The notes under the pieces were generated by a model. It made no database searches. It had not been told where the DNA came from and saw only the letters and a program-made list of their open reading frames with translations. From Felis catus (lineage: Eukaryota), in contig NC_058368.1 in NCBI RefSeq assembly GCF_018350175.1, forward strand, positions 94,428,001-94,492,000: a stretch of 64,000 nt of DNA, given 5' to 3'. Made by a program: the position numbers and the translations under genes. Numbering within the stretch: position 1 is the first letter of the stretch; each line of letters opens with the position of its first letter. Shown here piece after piece: positions 53,516 to 64,000 of the stretch.

Positions 53516-54560
53516 ACATGGGGACATTTTGGTTGTTTCCAGGTTTGCCTATTACAAACAAAGCTTCCATGAGCAATTTTGTATACGTTTTTGGACAAAC
53601 ACAAGTTTTCATCTTTCTGGAATCAACACCCAGATTCCACGATTGGTGGGTCATGATTGGTGGGTCATACGGTTGTTTCACATGTAGTTTTCAAGAAACT
53701 GCTAACTTGCTTCCCAAAGTATACCATTTACATTCCCACCAACAATGTATGAATGATAGTTTCTCTGCCGCTTAGCCACCATTTGCTTTTACCACTGTTT
53801 TTATTTTTTATTTTAGCTGTCATGATGAGTATGTAGTGATACCTCATTGTGGTTTTAATTTGCATTTTTCCAACTGCTCATGATGTTCAGCTTTTTCTCA
53901 TGCTTACTTGGCATCTGTATATCACCTTTGATGAAATGTCTCCTCATGTCTTTTGCCCATTTTCTAATTGAATTGTTTGTTTGTTTACTTTTGAGTTCTG
54001 AGAGTTCTTTATACATTCTAGATCTGAGTCTGTTGTGAGATATGTGGTTTACAAATGGGTTCTCCTGGTCTGTAGCTTGTTTTTTTCATCTTAATAAGGT
54101 CTTCCAGGAACACCTGGCTGACTCAGTTAGAAAAGGATGCAACTCTTTGTTTATTCTTGAGAGAGAGAGAACTTGAGCAGAGGAGGAGCAGACAGAGGGG
54201 AACACAGGATCCGAAGTAGGCTCTGTGCTGACAGCAGAGAACTCATGAACTGTGAGATCATGACCTGGGCCCAAGTCAAACACTTAGTCAACTGACCCAC
54301 CTACGTGCCCCTAAAAAAGGATGCAACTCTTAATCTCGGGGCCGTGAGCCCCATGTTGGATGTAGAGATTACTTAAATAAATAAAACTTTAATAGTAATG
54401 ATAATAATCATCTCCAGGGAGCAAAAGTTTTTCATTAAATGAAGTCCGATTTATCAATTATTTTTTTATTTCTTTATTATTTTTTTTTCCGATTTATCAA
54501 TTGTTTAAATAGACCAGGCTTTTGTATCATGGCTAAGGATGCTTTCTTAAAAAGGCTTTT

Positions 54561-54774
54561 GGGGGCGCCCGGGTGGCGCAGTCGGTTAGGCGTCCGACTT
54601 CAGCCAGGTCACGATCTCGCGGTCTGTGAGTTCGAGCCCCGTGTCAGGCTCTGGGCTGATGGCTCAGAGCCTGGAGCCTGTTTCTGATTCTGTGTCTCCC
54701 TCTCTCTCTGCCCCTCGCCCGTTCATGCTCTGTCTCTCTTTGTCCCCAAAATAAATAAACATTAAAAAAAAAAA
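54561..54774 (+). mobile_element. Young feline CanSINE
   Basis: Same variant as 4413. TSD TAAAAAGGCTTTT at 54548-54560 and 54775-54787. Confidence 0.97.
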
Positions 54775-55910
54775 TAAAAAGGCTTTTGTTTTAGAGCAAT
54801 TTTAGGTTTACAACAAAATTGGAGGTACGGAGATTTCCCATATAGCCCCTGTACCTATACCTACATGGCCTCCCCCATTATCAATACCACCCGCCAGAAT
54901 GATATATTTTTTTTAACCAAAGGTGAAGCTATATTGGCATACCATAATCACCCAGAGTCCATAGTTTACTGTAGGGTTCACTCTTGCTGTTATGCATTCT
55001 ATCTGTTTGGACAAGTGTGTAATGACATATATCATTATAATATCATACAGAGTACTTTAACTGACGTAAAAATTCTCTGTTATCTGCCTGTTCATCCCTT
55101 GCCCCCATCACTGATCTTTCTTGTCTTCATCGTATTGCCTTTTCTAGAATGTCTTATATTTGGAATCATATTATGCAATATGCATTTGAGATTCCTTCAT
55201 GTCTCTTCATGTCTTGATAGTTCATTTCTTTTCAGCACTGAATAGTATTCTATTGTCTGGGTATACCATTGTTTATGTATTCACCTACTGAAAACTATCT
55301 TCGTTGCTTCAGGTTTTGGTGATTCTGAAAAAGTTGCTCTCAACTCTTTGTGCAGATTCTTGTGTAGACAAAAACTTTCGGGTAATTTTCTTTAGTTAAA
55401 TACCAACGAGCATAATTGCTGAGTCATATGATAAGACTGTGCTTAGTTGTACAAGAAGTCATGAAACCGTCTTTCAAAGCGGCTGCGCCATTTTATATTC
55501 CCACCAACAATGGATGAGAGTGCTTGTTACTCCATATCCTCACCAGCATTTGGTGGTGTCAGTGTTCTGGATTTTGGCCATTCTAATAAGTCGATAGTGG
55601 TATCTTGTTGTTGTTTTAATTTGCATTTCCCTGATGACATATGATGTGGAGCACCTTTTAATGTGCTTATTTGTCATGTGTATAATTTCTTCGGTGAGTT
55701 GTTTGTTGGGGTTTGGGCCCATTTTTAAATTGAGTTGTTTTCTTATTGTGTGTTTTAAGAGTTCTTTGCATATTTTAGGTAACCATCCTTTATCAGATAT
55801 GTCTTTTGCAAATATATTCTCCTAGTCTGTGGCTTGTCTTCTTGCTCTCTTTATATGTCTTTTGCAGAGAAGTTTTTAATTAAAAATTTTTATTATGTTT
55901 ATTTATTTAT

Positions 55911-55970
<60 letters not shown>

Positions 55971-58037
55971 CCCAAATGGGGAAGGCCGAGAGAAGGAAAG
56001 ACAGAATCCCAGGCAGACACGGCACCACCAGTGCAGAGCCCGATGCAGGGCTCAAACCCATAAACCGTGAGATCATGACCAGAGCAGAGATCAAGAGCTT
56101 ACCTGACTGTGTTACCTGGGCACCCCAGAAGTCTTTAATTTTAAAGAAATCCCCCTTATCAATTATTTCTGTCATGGATCATGTCTTTGGTGTAGTATCT
56201 AAAAAGACATCAGTATACTCAAGGTCATATAGGTTTTCTCCTGTGTTACCTTGTAGGAGTTTTGTGTTTTTGCATTTACATTTTAAAGTGGCCCATTGTG
56301 AGTTAATTTGACCCTTTATGAGCTTAATTTTTGTGAAGGGTGTAAGGTTTTGTGTCTACATTCAATTTTTTTGCATGTGAATGTCTAGTATTCCAGAAAC
56401 ATTTGTTGAAGAGACTGTCACTGCTCCATTGCATTGCCTTTGCTCCTTTGTCAAAGATCAGTTGGCTGTATTTGGGTTTATTTCTGGGCTATTCTGTTCA
56501 TTGATCCATTTGTCTGTTCTTTAGCAATATCACACTCTTGATTACCGTAGCTTTCTGGTAAGTCTTAAAGTCAGATAGTGTCAATCTTCCAACATTGTTC
56601 TTCTCCTTCAATATTGTGTTGGCTATTCCGGGTCTTTTACCTCTCCATATAAATTTTAGAATTGGCTTATTGATATTCACAAGTTTAGCTTGCTAGGATT
56701 TTCGTTGTGATTGCATTGAATCTATAGACTAATTTGGTAAGAACTGACATCTTGATAATATGAGTCATCCTATCTATGAACATGGAATCTTTCCTCATTT
56801 ATTTAGTTCTTTTTAAAATTTCATTCTTCAAAGCTTTCTATTTTTCCTTGTATAGATCTTGCATATATTTTGTTAGATACCTAAGGATTTCATTTTTGGG
56901 GGGGAGTACTAATATAAATGGCATTCTGGTTTTAATTTCAAATTTCACTTAATTGTTGGCAGGTAGGAAAGCAATTGGCTTTTGTGTATTAGTCTTGTAT
57001 ACTGCAACCTTGCTATAATTGCTTATGAGTTTCAGGAGTTTCTTTGTCAATTCTTTTGGATTTTCTACATAGACAGTCATGTCATCTATGACTAAAGACT
57101 GTTTTGTTTCTTCCCTCCCAATCTATCTACCATTTATTTCCTTTTCCTGACTTACTGCATTAGTAAGGACTTCCAGCACAATGTTGAAGAATGGTGAGAG
57201 GGCACATCCTTGCCTTGTACTTGACCTGAATGGGAAAGCCTTCAGTTCTCACCAGTAAGTGTGAAGTTAGCTGTAGATTTTTTTGCAATCTTTAATTCAG
57301 GATGAGTAAGTTCCCTTCTATTCCTATTTTACTGAGAGTGTTTTTTTTTTTTTTTTAACCATGAATAGATGTTGGATTTTGGCAAATGCTTGTCCTGCAT
57401 CTATTAATCAGATCATGTGATTTTTTTCTTATTTACTCTCTTGATATGATGGATTACATTAATTATTTTTCAAATGTTGAACCAGTCTTGTATACCTGAG
57501 ATAAATCCCACTTGGTTGTGGTATACAATTCTTTTTATACATTGTTGGATTCAATTTGCTAATATTTTGTTGAGAATTTTTGCATCTGTGTTCATGAGAG
57601 ATGTTGGTCAATAATTTTTCATTTTTTGTAATGTGTTTGTTTTGATATTAGGGTAATGCTGTCCTCACAGGATGTGTTAGGAAGTATTTGCTTCTATCCT
57701 CTGAAAGAAATTGTAGAGAATTGTTATCATTTCTTCCTTAAATATTTGGTAGAATTCACCAGTGAACCCATCTGGGCCTGGTGCTTTCTTTTTTGGAAGG
57801 TTATTAATTCTTGATTCAATTTTTAAAATAGATATAAGCTTATTCAGATTGTGTCTTCCTATGTGTTTTGGAAGATTATGTCTTTTAGGGAGTTGGTCCA
57901 TTTCATCTAGGTTACCAAATCTATGAACATAGAGCTGTTCATAGTACTTATTATCCTTTTAATGTTCATGGGATCTGTACTGATGTCTCCCTTTTCATTT
58001 CTGATCTTGTTTTTTTTTTAAATGTTTACTTATTTTT

Positions 58038-58073
<36 letters not shown>

Positions 58074-60334
58074 AGGGGAGGAGCAGAGAGGGGGGGGAGA
58101 CACAAAATCCAAAGCAAACTCCAGGCTCTGAGGTGTCAGCACAACACAGGGCTCAAACCATGAACCATGAGATCATGGCCTGAGCCAAAGTTGGATGTTT
58201 AATGGACTGAGCCACCCAGGCACCACTCTGATTTTGGTATTAATATAGTTGAATTAATATTTATCACATGCATTATTGTTTTTTTTAATTGCCATTGCTC
58301 TTTGCTCCTATTTTTGTCTTCTCCTATTCTCCCTTTCTTTACTATGTTCAATCTGCCAATCCATGAACATAGTATGTATGTACATTGTTTAGATCTTTGA
58401 TTTATTTCATAAGCATTTTATTGTTTTCACCATACAAGTCCTATACTCTACCCATGGGTAGAGTGCTTTGGGTTTCCTAATCCAAGGTCAAATTGGGCAA
58501 TTGAAACTGTATCTAACCCCTAAGCACTTAATTTTATTTGAACAATTGTAAATGGTATTGTATTTTTAATTTGAGTCTTCATATGATTGTTGCTACTCTC
58601 TAGAAATACTGAATTTTGTATGTTTGTTTTGATATCCTATGACTTGCTCATCTCACTTACTAGGTCTAGGAATTTTTTTTGTAGATTCCTTGGGCTATTA
58701 TACACAAAGATTTGAGAAGTATTCATGTATCAGTCTGTGTATGAATTCTTTGTGTGAATTCCTTTTTTTTCCCAGTAAATAACTAGTGGAGTGGATGACT
58801 GGAAAATACAGTAGGTAGGTGTTTAATTTCTTAAAAAATTATAAAATTATTTTCCAAATATTTTTACTATTTTACATTTTCATCAATACTATAGGAGAAT
58901 TCTAGTTGTTTATCTTCATCAACACTTGGTATTGCCAGCAGGCTTTCTCATTTTAGCCATTCTAATAGGTGACTCTCACTGCAGTTTTAATTTGTATTTC
59001 CCTAATGACTAATAATGTGCATCATTTCCTGCACTTGTCATCCATGTATCTTAGCAAAATGTCTGTTAAAATCTTTTGTCCATTTTTGTTGTTTTGTTAT
59101 TGTTGAATTTTTAAAGGGTCTTTTCTCAAACATATAATTTGCAAATATTTTCTCAGTCTGTGGTTTGTGTTTTTATTTTCTTAATAGCATCTTTGAAAGC
59201 AAAAGTTTTCTATCTTGATGAAGTCCAATTTATCATTTTTTTCTTTTATGTATCAGCCTTTTAGCATTGTATCTAAAAAAGCATTGTCTACACAAAGTTC
59301 ACAAAAAATTTCTCCTATGCCTTTTATTACAAGTTGCATAGTTTTAGGTTTTGTAGTTACACCTATGATCCATTTTGAGGTAATTTTTAAAAAATGTTTA
59401 TTTTTGAGAGAGAGAGAGAGCGCACAAGTGGAGGCCAGGAAGAGAGAGGGGAACAGAGGGTCTGAAGTGGACTCTGTGCTGACAGCAAGAGGGCCAATGC
59501 AGGGCTTGAACCCACGAGCCATGAGACCATGACCTGAGCCAGAGTTGGACACTTAACTGACTGAGCACTCAGGCACCCCTGAGTTAATTTTGGTATATGA
59601 TATGAGATATGGATTAAAGGTCATTTTTAAATTTTTTGCATACAGATATTGAATGGTTTTGATACGATTTGCTGAAGAGTCTACTGTTTCTTCTTTGAAT
59701 TGTCTTTATACCTTGTAAAACATCAATTGTCCATATATAGGAGGGTGTATTTTTGAATTTCCTCTTCTACATCATTGGTTTATTTGTATATCTTTATGCC
59801 AATTCCACAGTGTCTTGATTGCTAAAGCTTTATAATAAATCTCGAAACCTGATAATATTTATCACCAACTTTGTTTTCTTTTTAAAAGTTGTTTAGGCTA
59901 TTCTAGATCCTTTGTGTTTTCATATGAATTTTAGAATTAGCTTGTCATTTTCTACCAACAAAAACATCTGCTGAAATCTTGGTTGAGATTGTGCTGAATC
60001 TATAAAGCAATGGGGGAGAATTCAAGTTTTAAAATATTGAGTCTTCTAACCCATGAATATGATATGTCTCCCTATTTATTTGTGGTCCTCTTTAATGTCC
60101 CTTGGCAAGGTTTTATAGCTTTAACTGTACATATCTCGCACATGCCTTATCAAATTTTCCCTATTTTATATTTTAAACGTATTATAAATGGTATTTAAAA
60201 AAATTCCAATTTCCAATTGTTTGTTGTTAGTTAATTTTTGTGTATTGATTTTCTATGCTGTCACCTTACTAAACTCACTTCTTAGCTTTAGCAGCTTTTT
60301 TGTTAATTCCTGTTTTGACTTTGTTAAATTAACA

Positions 60335-60820
60335 TGTTACATAGCCTTGGGGTGTTAGATAGTGAGCCAAGGTTCAACAAAAGACCGCAAAGGAATTGAA
60401 ATGGAGAAGTTTATTATTCCTAGGCTCTGGAGGAAGTACATGGCACACCTTGAGGGGTCACATGGGGAGATCAAGGCAAGATATAGGTAGAACACCAGGA
60501 GCTGGGGCGCCTGCCTTTATTAGGGTTCATGGCCAGAGTGCTTTGGGGTTCTTAGTCCATGGCCAGATTGTGTAATTCAACTGAAAAAGAGTGAGATTTT
60601 GTTAAGCTTTGCAGGGATGGCTCTGCAGGTGGGGAAGGCTTTATCACAAGGTGTATCAGGAGTCACATCAGGAGCTTGTATTTACCTGTGACTCTGCAGG
60701 CTGTTGTCTAGAGCATGTAGTTGTATGAGGCTAATGTCAGGTTAAGGCCCCTAAAGGCTGCTTGGCCAAACAATATGGATGCCAAAGCAGCAATACCATG
60801 GAGTAGCTTAGCTAAACTGA
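60335..60820 (-). mobile_element. ERV LTR inserted in intronic L1
   Basis: GC-richer ~480-bp block starting TGTTACATAG with GTTTATT (reverse polyA signal) and CTTTAT. L1 sequence resumes near 60822. Confidence 0.6.
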
Positions 60821-61061
60821 GAATTCCATTAAATTTTCTGTATCAGTGATTATATAGTCTTGAATAAAGAGAGTTTTACTTTTTGGTTACTTTAAGTGCC
60901 TTTTATGTCTTTCCCCTGCTTTACTTCCATGGTTAGAGCCTCAATACAATGTTGGATAAAAGTAGTTAAGTACAAATATCCTTGTTTTGTTCCTTATCAT
61001 AAGCTGAAAGCATTCAGTCTTGCACTGCTAAGTATGATTTTTTCCTGTAGTTTTTCTTTTC

Positions 61062-61140
61062 TCTTCTTCTTCCACTTCCTCTCCTCCTCCTCCTCCTCCT
61101 CCTCCTCCTCTTCCTCTTCCTCTTCCTCTTCCTTCTTCAT
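61062..61140. repeat. (TCC)n/(TCT)n polypyrimidine repeat
   Basis: Direct read. Confidence 0.9.
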
Positions 61141-63759
61141 CGTCTTCTCTTTATAGATTCCCTGTATCAGATTGAGGAAGTTCCCTTCTGTTTCTAGTTT
61201 TCTGAGAGTTTTTATCAGATTGGATGCCAGATTTTGTCAAATGCTTTATCTGCATCTATTGAGATGATCATATGGTTCTTCTTTTTTTAGCCTGTTAATA
61301 TGGCAAATTACATTACTTGATTTTCTAATGATAAATTAACATTGCATTTGCAAGATATATACTACTTGGTTTTGATGTATTATCCTTTTTATATTTTGTT
61401 GCATTTGATTTACTAAAATTTTGGTTTTAATTTTTGCATCCCTGTTCATGGGGTTTCTTTTTCTTTGTCTTGTTTTGGTATCAGAGTAACGCTGCCTTCA
61501 AAGAATACATTTAGAAGTTTCTTTGATTTTGGGGGAAGAATTTATATGGAATTGGCATTGATTATTGCTTAAATTTTTGGTTGAATTTCACTAATGAAGC
61601 CACCTGGGCCTCGAGGGTTTTTTTGTTTGTTTGTTTTTGTGGGATGGTTTTAAACTACAAATTAAATTTTTTTAATGAATAGAGGGCTATTCAGATTATC
61701 TATTTCCTCATGAGCAAGCTTTGGTTGTTTGGGTCTTTCAAGGAATTTGCCCATTTAGTCAAAGTTGTCAAATTTAAGTATAATTAATGTTCAAAATATT
61801 CCTTTATTATTTTAATATCTGTAGAATCTGTAGTGATGTCACTTCTCTCACCCCTGACATTGGTCATTTGTGTCTTCTCTCTTTTGGGAGCTGAAGCCCT
61901 GGTTGTGAAATCACCTCTGCCACTTACTAGTTGTCTAACCAGTGGCATACACTCCGGGGTGTTCAGCTTTTTGTAAGGTAAAAGGATGGGGTTCTCCAAT
62001 GTCTCTTCCACTTCTGACAGACAATAAGTTTGATCAGTGTGCCTTGAGATTTATCTACTTTGTTAATCTGTTTCAATGATTTACTCTACTGTTTTTTTGT
62101 TTTTCACTGCAATGCTTTATGTATTATTCTTTATTATTTCCTTTCTTCTTACTTTGGGCTTCCTTTTCTTTTTCTATTTTCTTAAGGTGGGTGCAAGGTA
62201 AGTGATTTAAGGTATTTTTTTTCTTCTCTAACATAAATATTTAGTGCTATAAAATTTCCAGTAACTACTGCATTAGTGGCATGCCACCAATATTGTCATG
62301 TTGCTTTTAAAATTTTCATCCAGTTCCACATCCTTTGTAATTTCCCTTTTGATTTCTTCTTTGAATCATGGGTTATGTAGAACTGTGCTATTTAGTTTCC
62401 AAACATTTGGGCATTTTCTCATTTTTTATTGCGTGCCTGACATTTCAAAGTTTATGTTGCTCAATGCCACATTTTGTTACATTGCTTTAATGAATGCTGG
62501 TCTTTTTTGGATAGGTATACAAGTTATTTGGTGACCTTGATCCTTGTTTGATCCCCCATGTCTTGTGTTTAAGTTCTTTGAGAATGGATCTAAAGTCATC
62601 TAAAGTCACTAAAGGGGCACATAGGTGGATCAGTTGGTTAAGCATCTGACTCTTGATTTTGGCTCAGGTCATGATCTCATGGCTTGTGGGTTCAAGCCCC
62701 GTGTTGGGGTCCATGCTGGCAGTTGGAGCCTGCTTGGGATTCTCTCTCTCCCTCTCTCTCTGCTCCTCCCTGACTTTCACTTCCCCCCCACCAAGATAAA
62801 TAAATAAATTAAAAAAAAAATTAAAGTTGCTTTTACCCCAAGGCTACTTTAGTTCACTGCTCAGGCATTACCTTCCTGGTCTCTGTTGAAAATCCATTTA
62901 TTCTAGCAATTTCTGTACTCTGGCTTGTGGGAATTGGAACAATTCCTAGCATTGTGTGAGCTTCAGGAATTGTTCACCTTTCCTCTTCATGGTAGCTGTT
63001 CTTTCTTTGCTTGACCTCTTAAAGTACAGGTTAATATTTGACCAAAGGCTCGGGGTGAGGAGGGGTTATATGGACTCTGTGCAGATTTTTGGATTTCTGC
63101 CCTGAAGATTCTAGCTATCTAGGTCTCCCTGAGCATCAGTCATAGTCTCCTCAATTCAACGAGACCGCTGCACTCTGTTTTCGTTCCCTTTCCTTGTGCT
63201 GCAGTTGAGAAATTACATCCAGGTAGGCGAGGTGATTATAGAGTTCACATCTTTTGTTTCTCTTCTCTTGGAAATCACAGTCCAGTGCTTCCTGTTACCT
63301 AATGTCTGAAAACAGTTGTTTCATATATTTCATAAGAGTTTTTAGTTGTTTTCAGCAGAAGGCTAATTCTAGCCTGTGGTACTATAGAAGTCTCATCATC
63401 TCTAGATTTGGTAATGTTATTAAGTATAAAGTTAATCCTCAGTTCTTCCTCATGATATCTTGGTCTGCTCATAGTTTCTATTACATGATGTTCTACAAAG
63501 CACCTAAAAGGATCCCAGGAGAGGGAGCTAGCTGGAAAGGACCCCAGGCTGGGAAGCTGGAGCCTTCGTTCTGGTACTACCCCCGACCCCTGCCACTTCC
63601 TAGTTGTCTAACCAGTTATATAAATTCCCGGGGTGCCAGCTTCCACATCTATAAATTGAGATGGGACTCTCCAAGGTCTCTTCCACTTTGGAAATTCAGT
63701 GAAAGAAAGAATTTGTAATCCCATTGTTGTTCAAAGTGTCCTTTAAGAATACTTGTTGA

Positions 63760-63982
63760 GGGGCACCTGGGTGGCGCAGTCGGTTAAGCGTCCGACTTCA
63801 GCCAGGTCACGATATCGCGGTCCGTGAGTTCGAGCCCCGCGTCAGGCTTTGGGCTGATGGCTCAGAGCCTGGAGCCTGTTTCCGATTCTGTGTCTCCCTC
63901 TCTCTCTGACCCTCCCCCGTTCATGCTCTGTCTCTCTCTGTCCCAAAAATAAATAAAAACGTTGCAAAAAAAATTTTAAAAA
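63760..63982 (+). mobile_element. Young feline CanSINE
   Basis: Same variant. TSD AAGAATACTTGTTG at 63745-63758 and 63983-63996. Confidence 0.97.
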
Positions 63983-64000
63983 AAGAATACTTGTTGCATT

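Larger units (their letters stand above)
5240..59579 (-). mobile_element. Dispersed minus-strand CanSINEs (the span is an envelope, not one element): ~5240-5461, 9872-10085, 11200-11373, 13664-13873, 15020-15677 (nested), 21115-21333, 21930-22159, 22220-22405, 26365-26563, 33400-33611, 37000-37915 (cluster, mixed orientation), 41030-41236, 42830-43027, 44400-44606, 45790-45985, 54145-54311, 55890-56125, 58010-58226, 59385-59579
   Basis: Each shows TTTATTTATTTTTGAGAGA...(GA)n...GAGATCATGACCTGAGC...GAGCCACCCAGGCGCCCC or a variant. Confidence 0.9.
8653..62820 (+). mobile_element. Dispersed plus-strand CanSINEs (the span is an envelope): ~8653-8862, 14155-14350, 25492-25710, 27698-27920, 34530-34985 (two, nested), 36481-36710, 37420-37640, 39708-39890, 46489-46690, 47008-47140, 52935-53180, 62614-62820
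   Basis: GGGGCGCCTGGGTGGCTCAGTCGGTT head, (CT)n and A-rich tail. Several have TSDs, e.g. AAAAACTGAAAATGTCTT around 25492 and GAAAAATAGCTTTCTG around 27698. Confidence 0.9.
53520..63400 (-). mobile_element. Nested old L1M fragments antisense to LVRN, interrupted by SINEs and an LTR
   Basis: Several L1 3' ends and ORF2 remnants ([49 protein letters not shown]). A second L1 3' end starts near 54790. Confidence 0.85.
49798..64000 (+). other. LVRN: LVRN intron 1 (partial, continues beyond the window)
   Basis: Begins GTAAGG. The rest is dominated by L1, SINE, MIR and MER repeats, and no downstream M1 aminopeptidase exon was recognised. Confidence 0.85.

Noticed and set aside
63254..63718. 154-aa ORF as a possible LVRN exon 2
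   Set aside because: No M1 aminopeptidase motifs (a Q-x-E-P-x-x-A-R-like segment is expected next), and it overlaps L1- and MIR-derived sequence.

Overview
Mammalian genomic DNA, almost certainly domestic cat or a close felid, judged from the many tRNA-derived CanSINEs of the feline SINEC_Fc type and a young feline-type L1. The only supportable protein-coding sequence is exon 1 of LVRN (laeverin, aminopeptidase Q, Taqpep; the cat Tabby coat-pattern gene) at 49100-49797 on the + strand, inside a CpG island. About 49 kb of repeat-rich upstream DNA precedes it and the first ~14 kb of an L1-rich intron 1 follows; no exon 2 was recognised. Main observations: (1) codon 139 is AAC (Asn), matching the described T139N Tabby variant, while S59 and D228 are wild type; (2) a probable L1 3' transduction bounded by one target-site duplication (TSD); (3) a U6 retrocopy lacking the ACAGAGA box through a microhomology-flanked deletion; (4) two apparent locally templated insertions inside intronic L1 DNA; (5) a complete Tigger-type element with terminal inverted repeats (TIRs). 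I found no evidence for a wholly new biological system. Repeat family names come from recalled consensus sequences, and repeat boundaries are approximate unless TSD or TIR coordinates are given.
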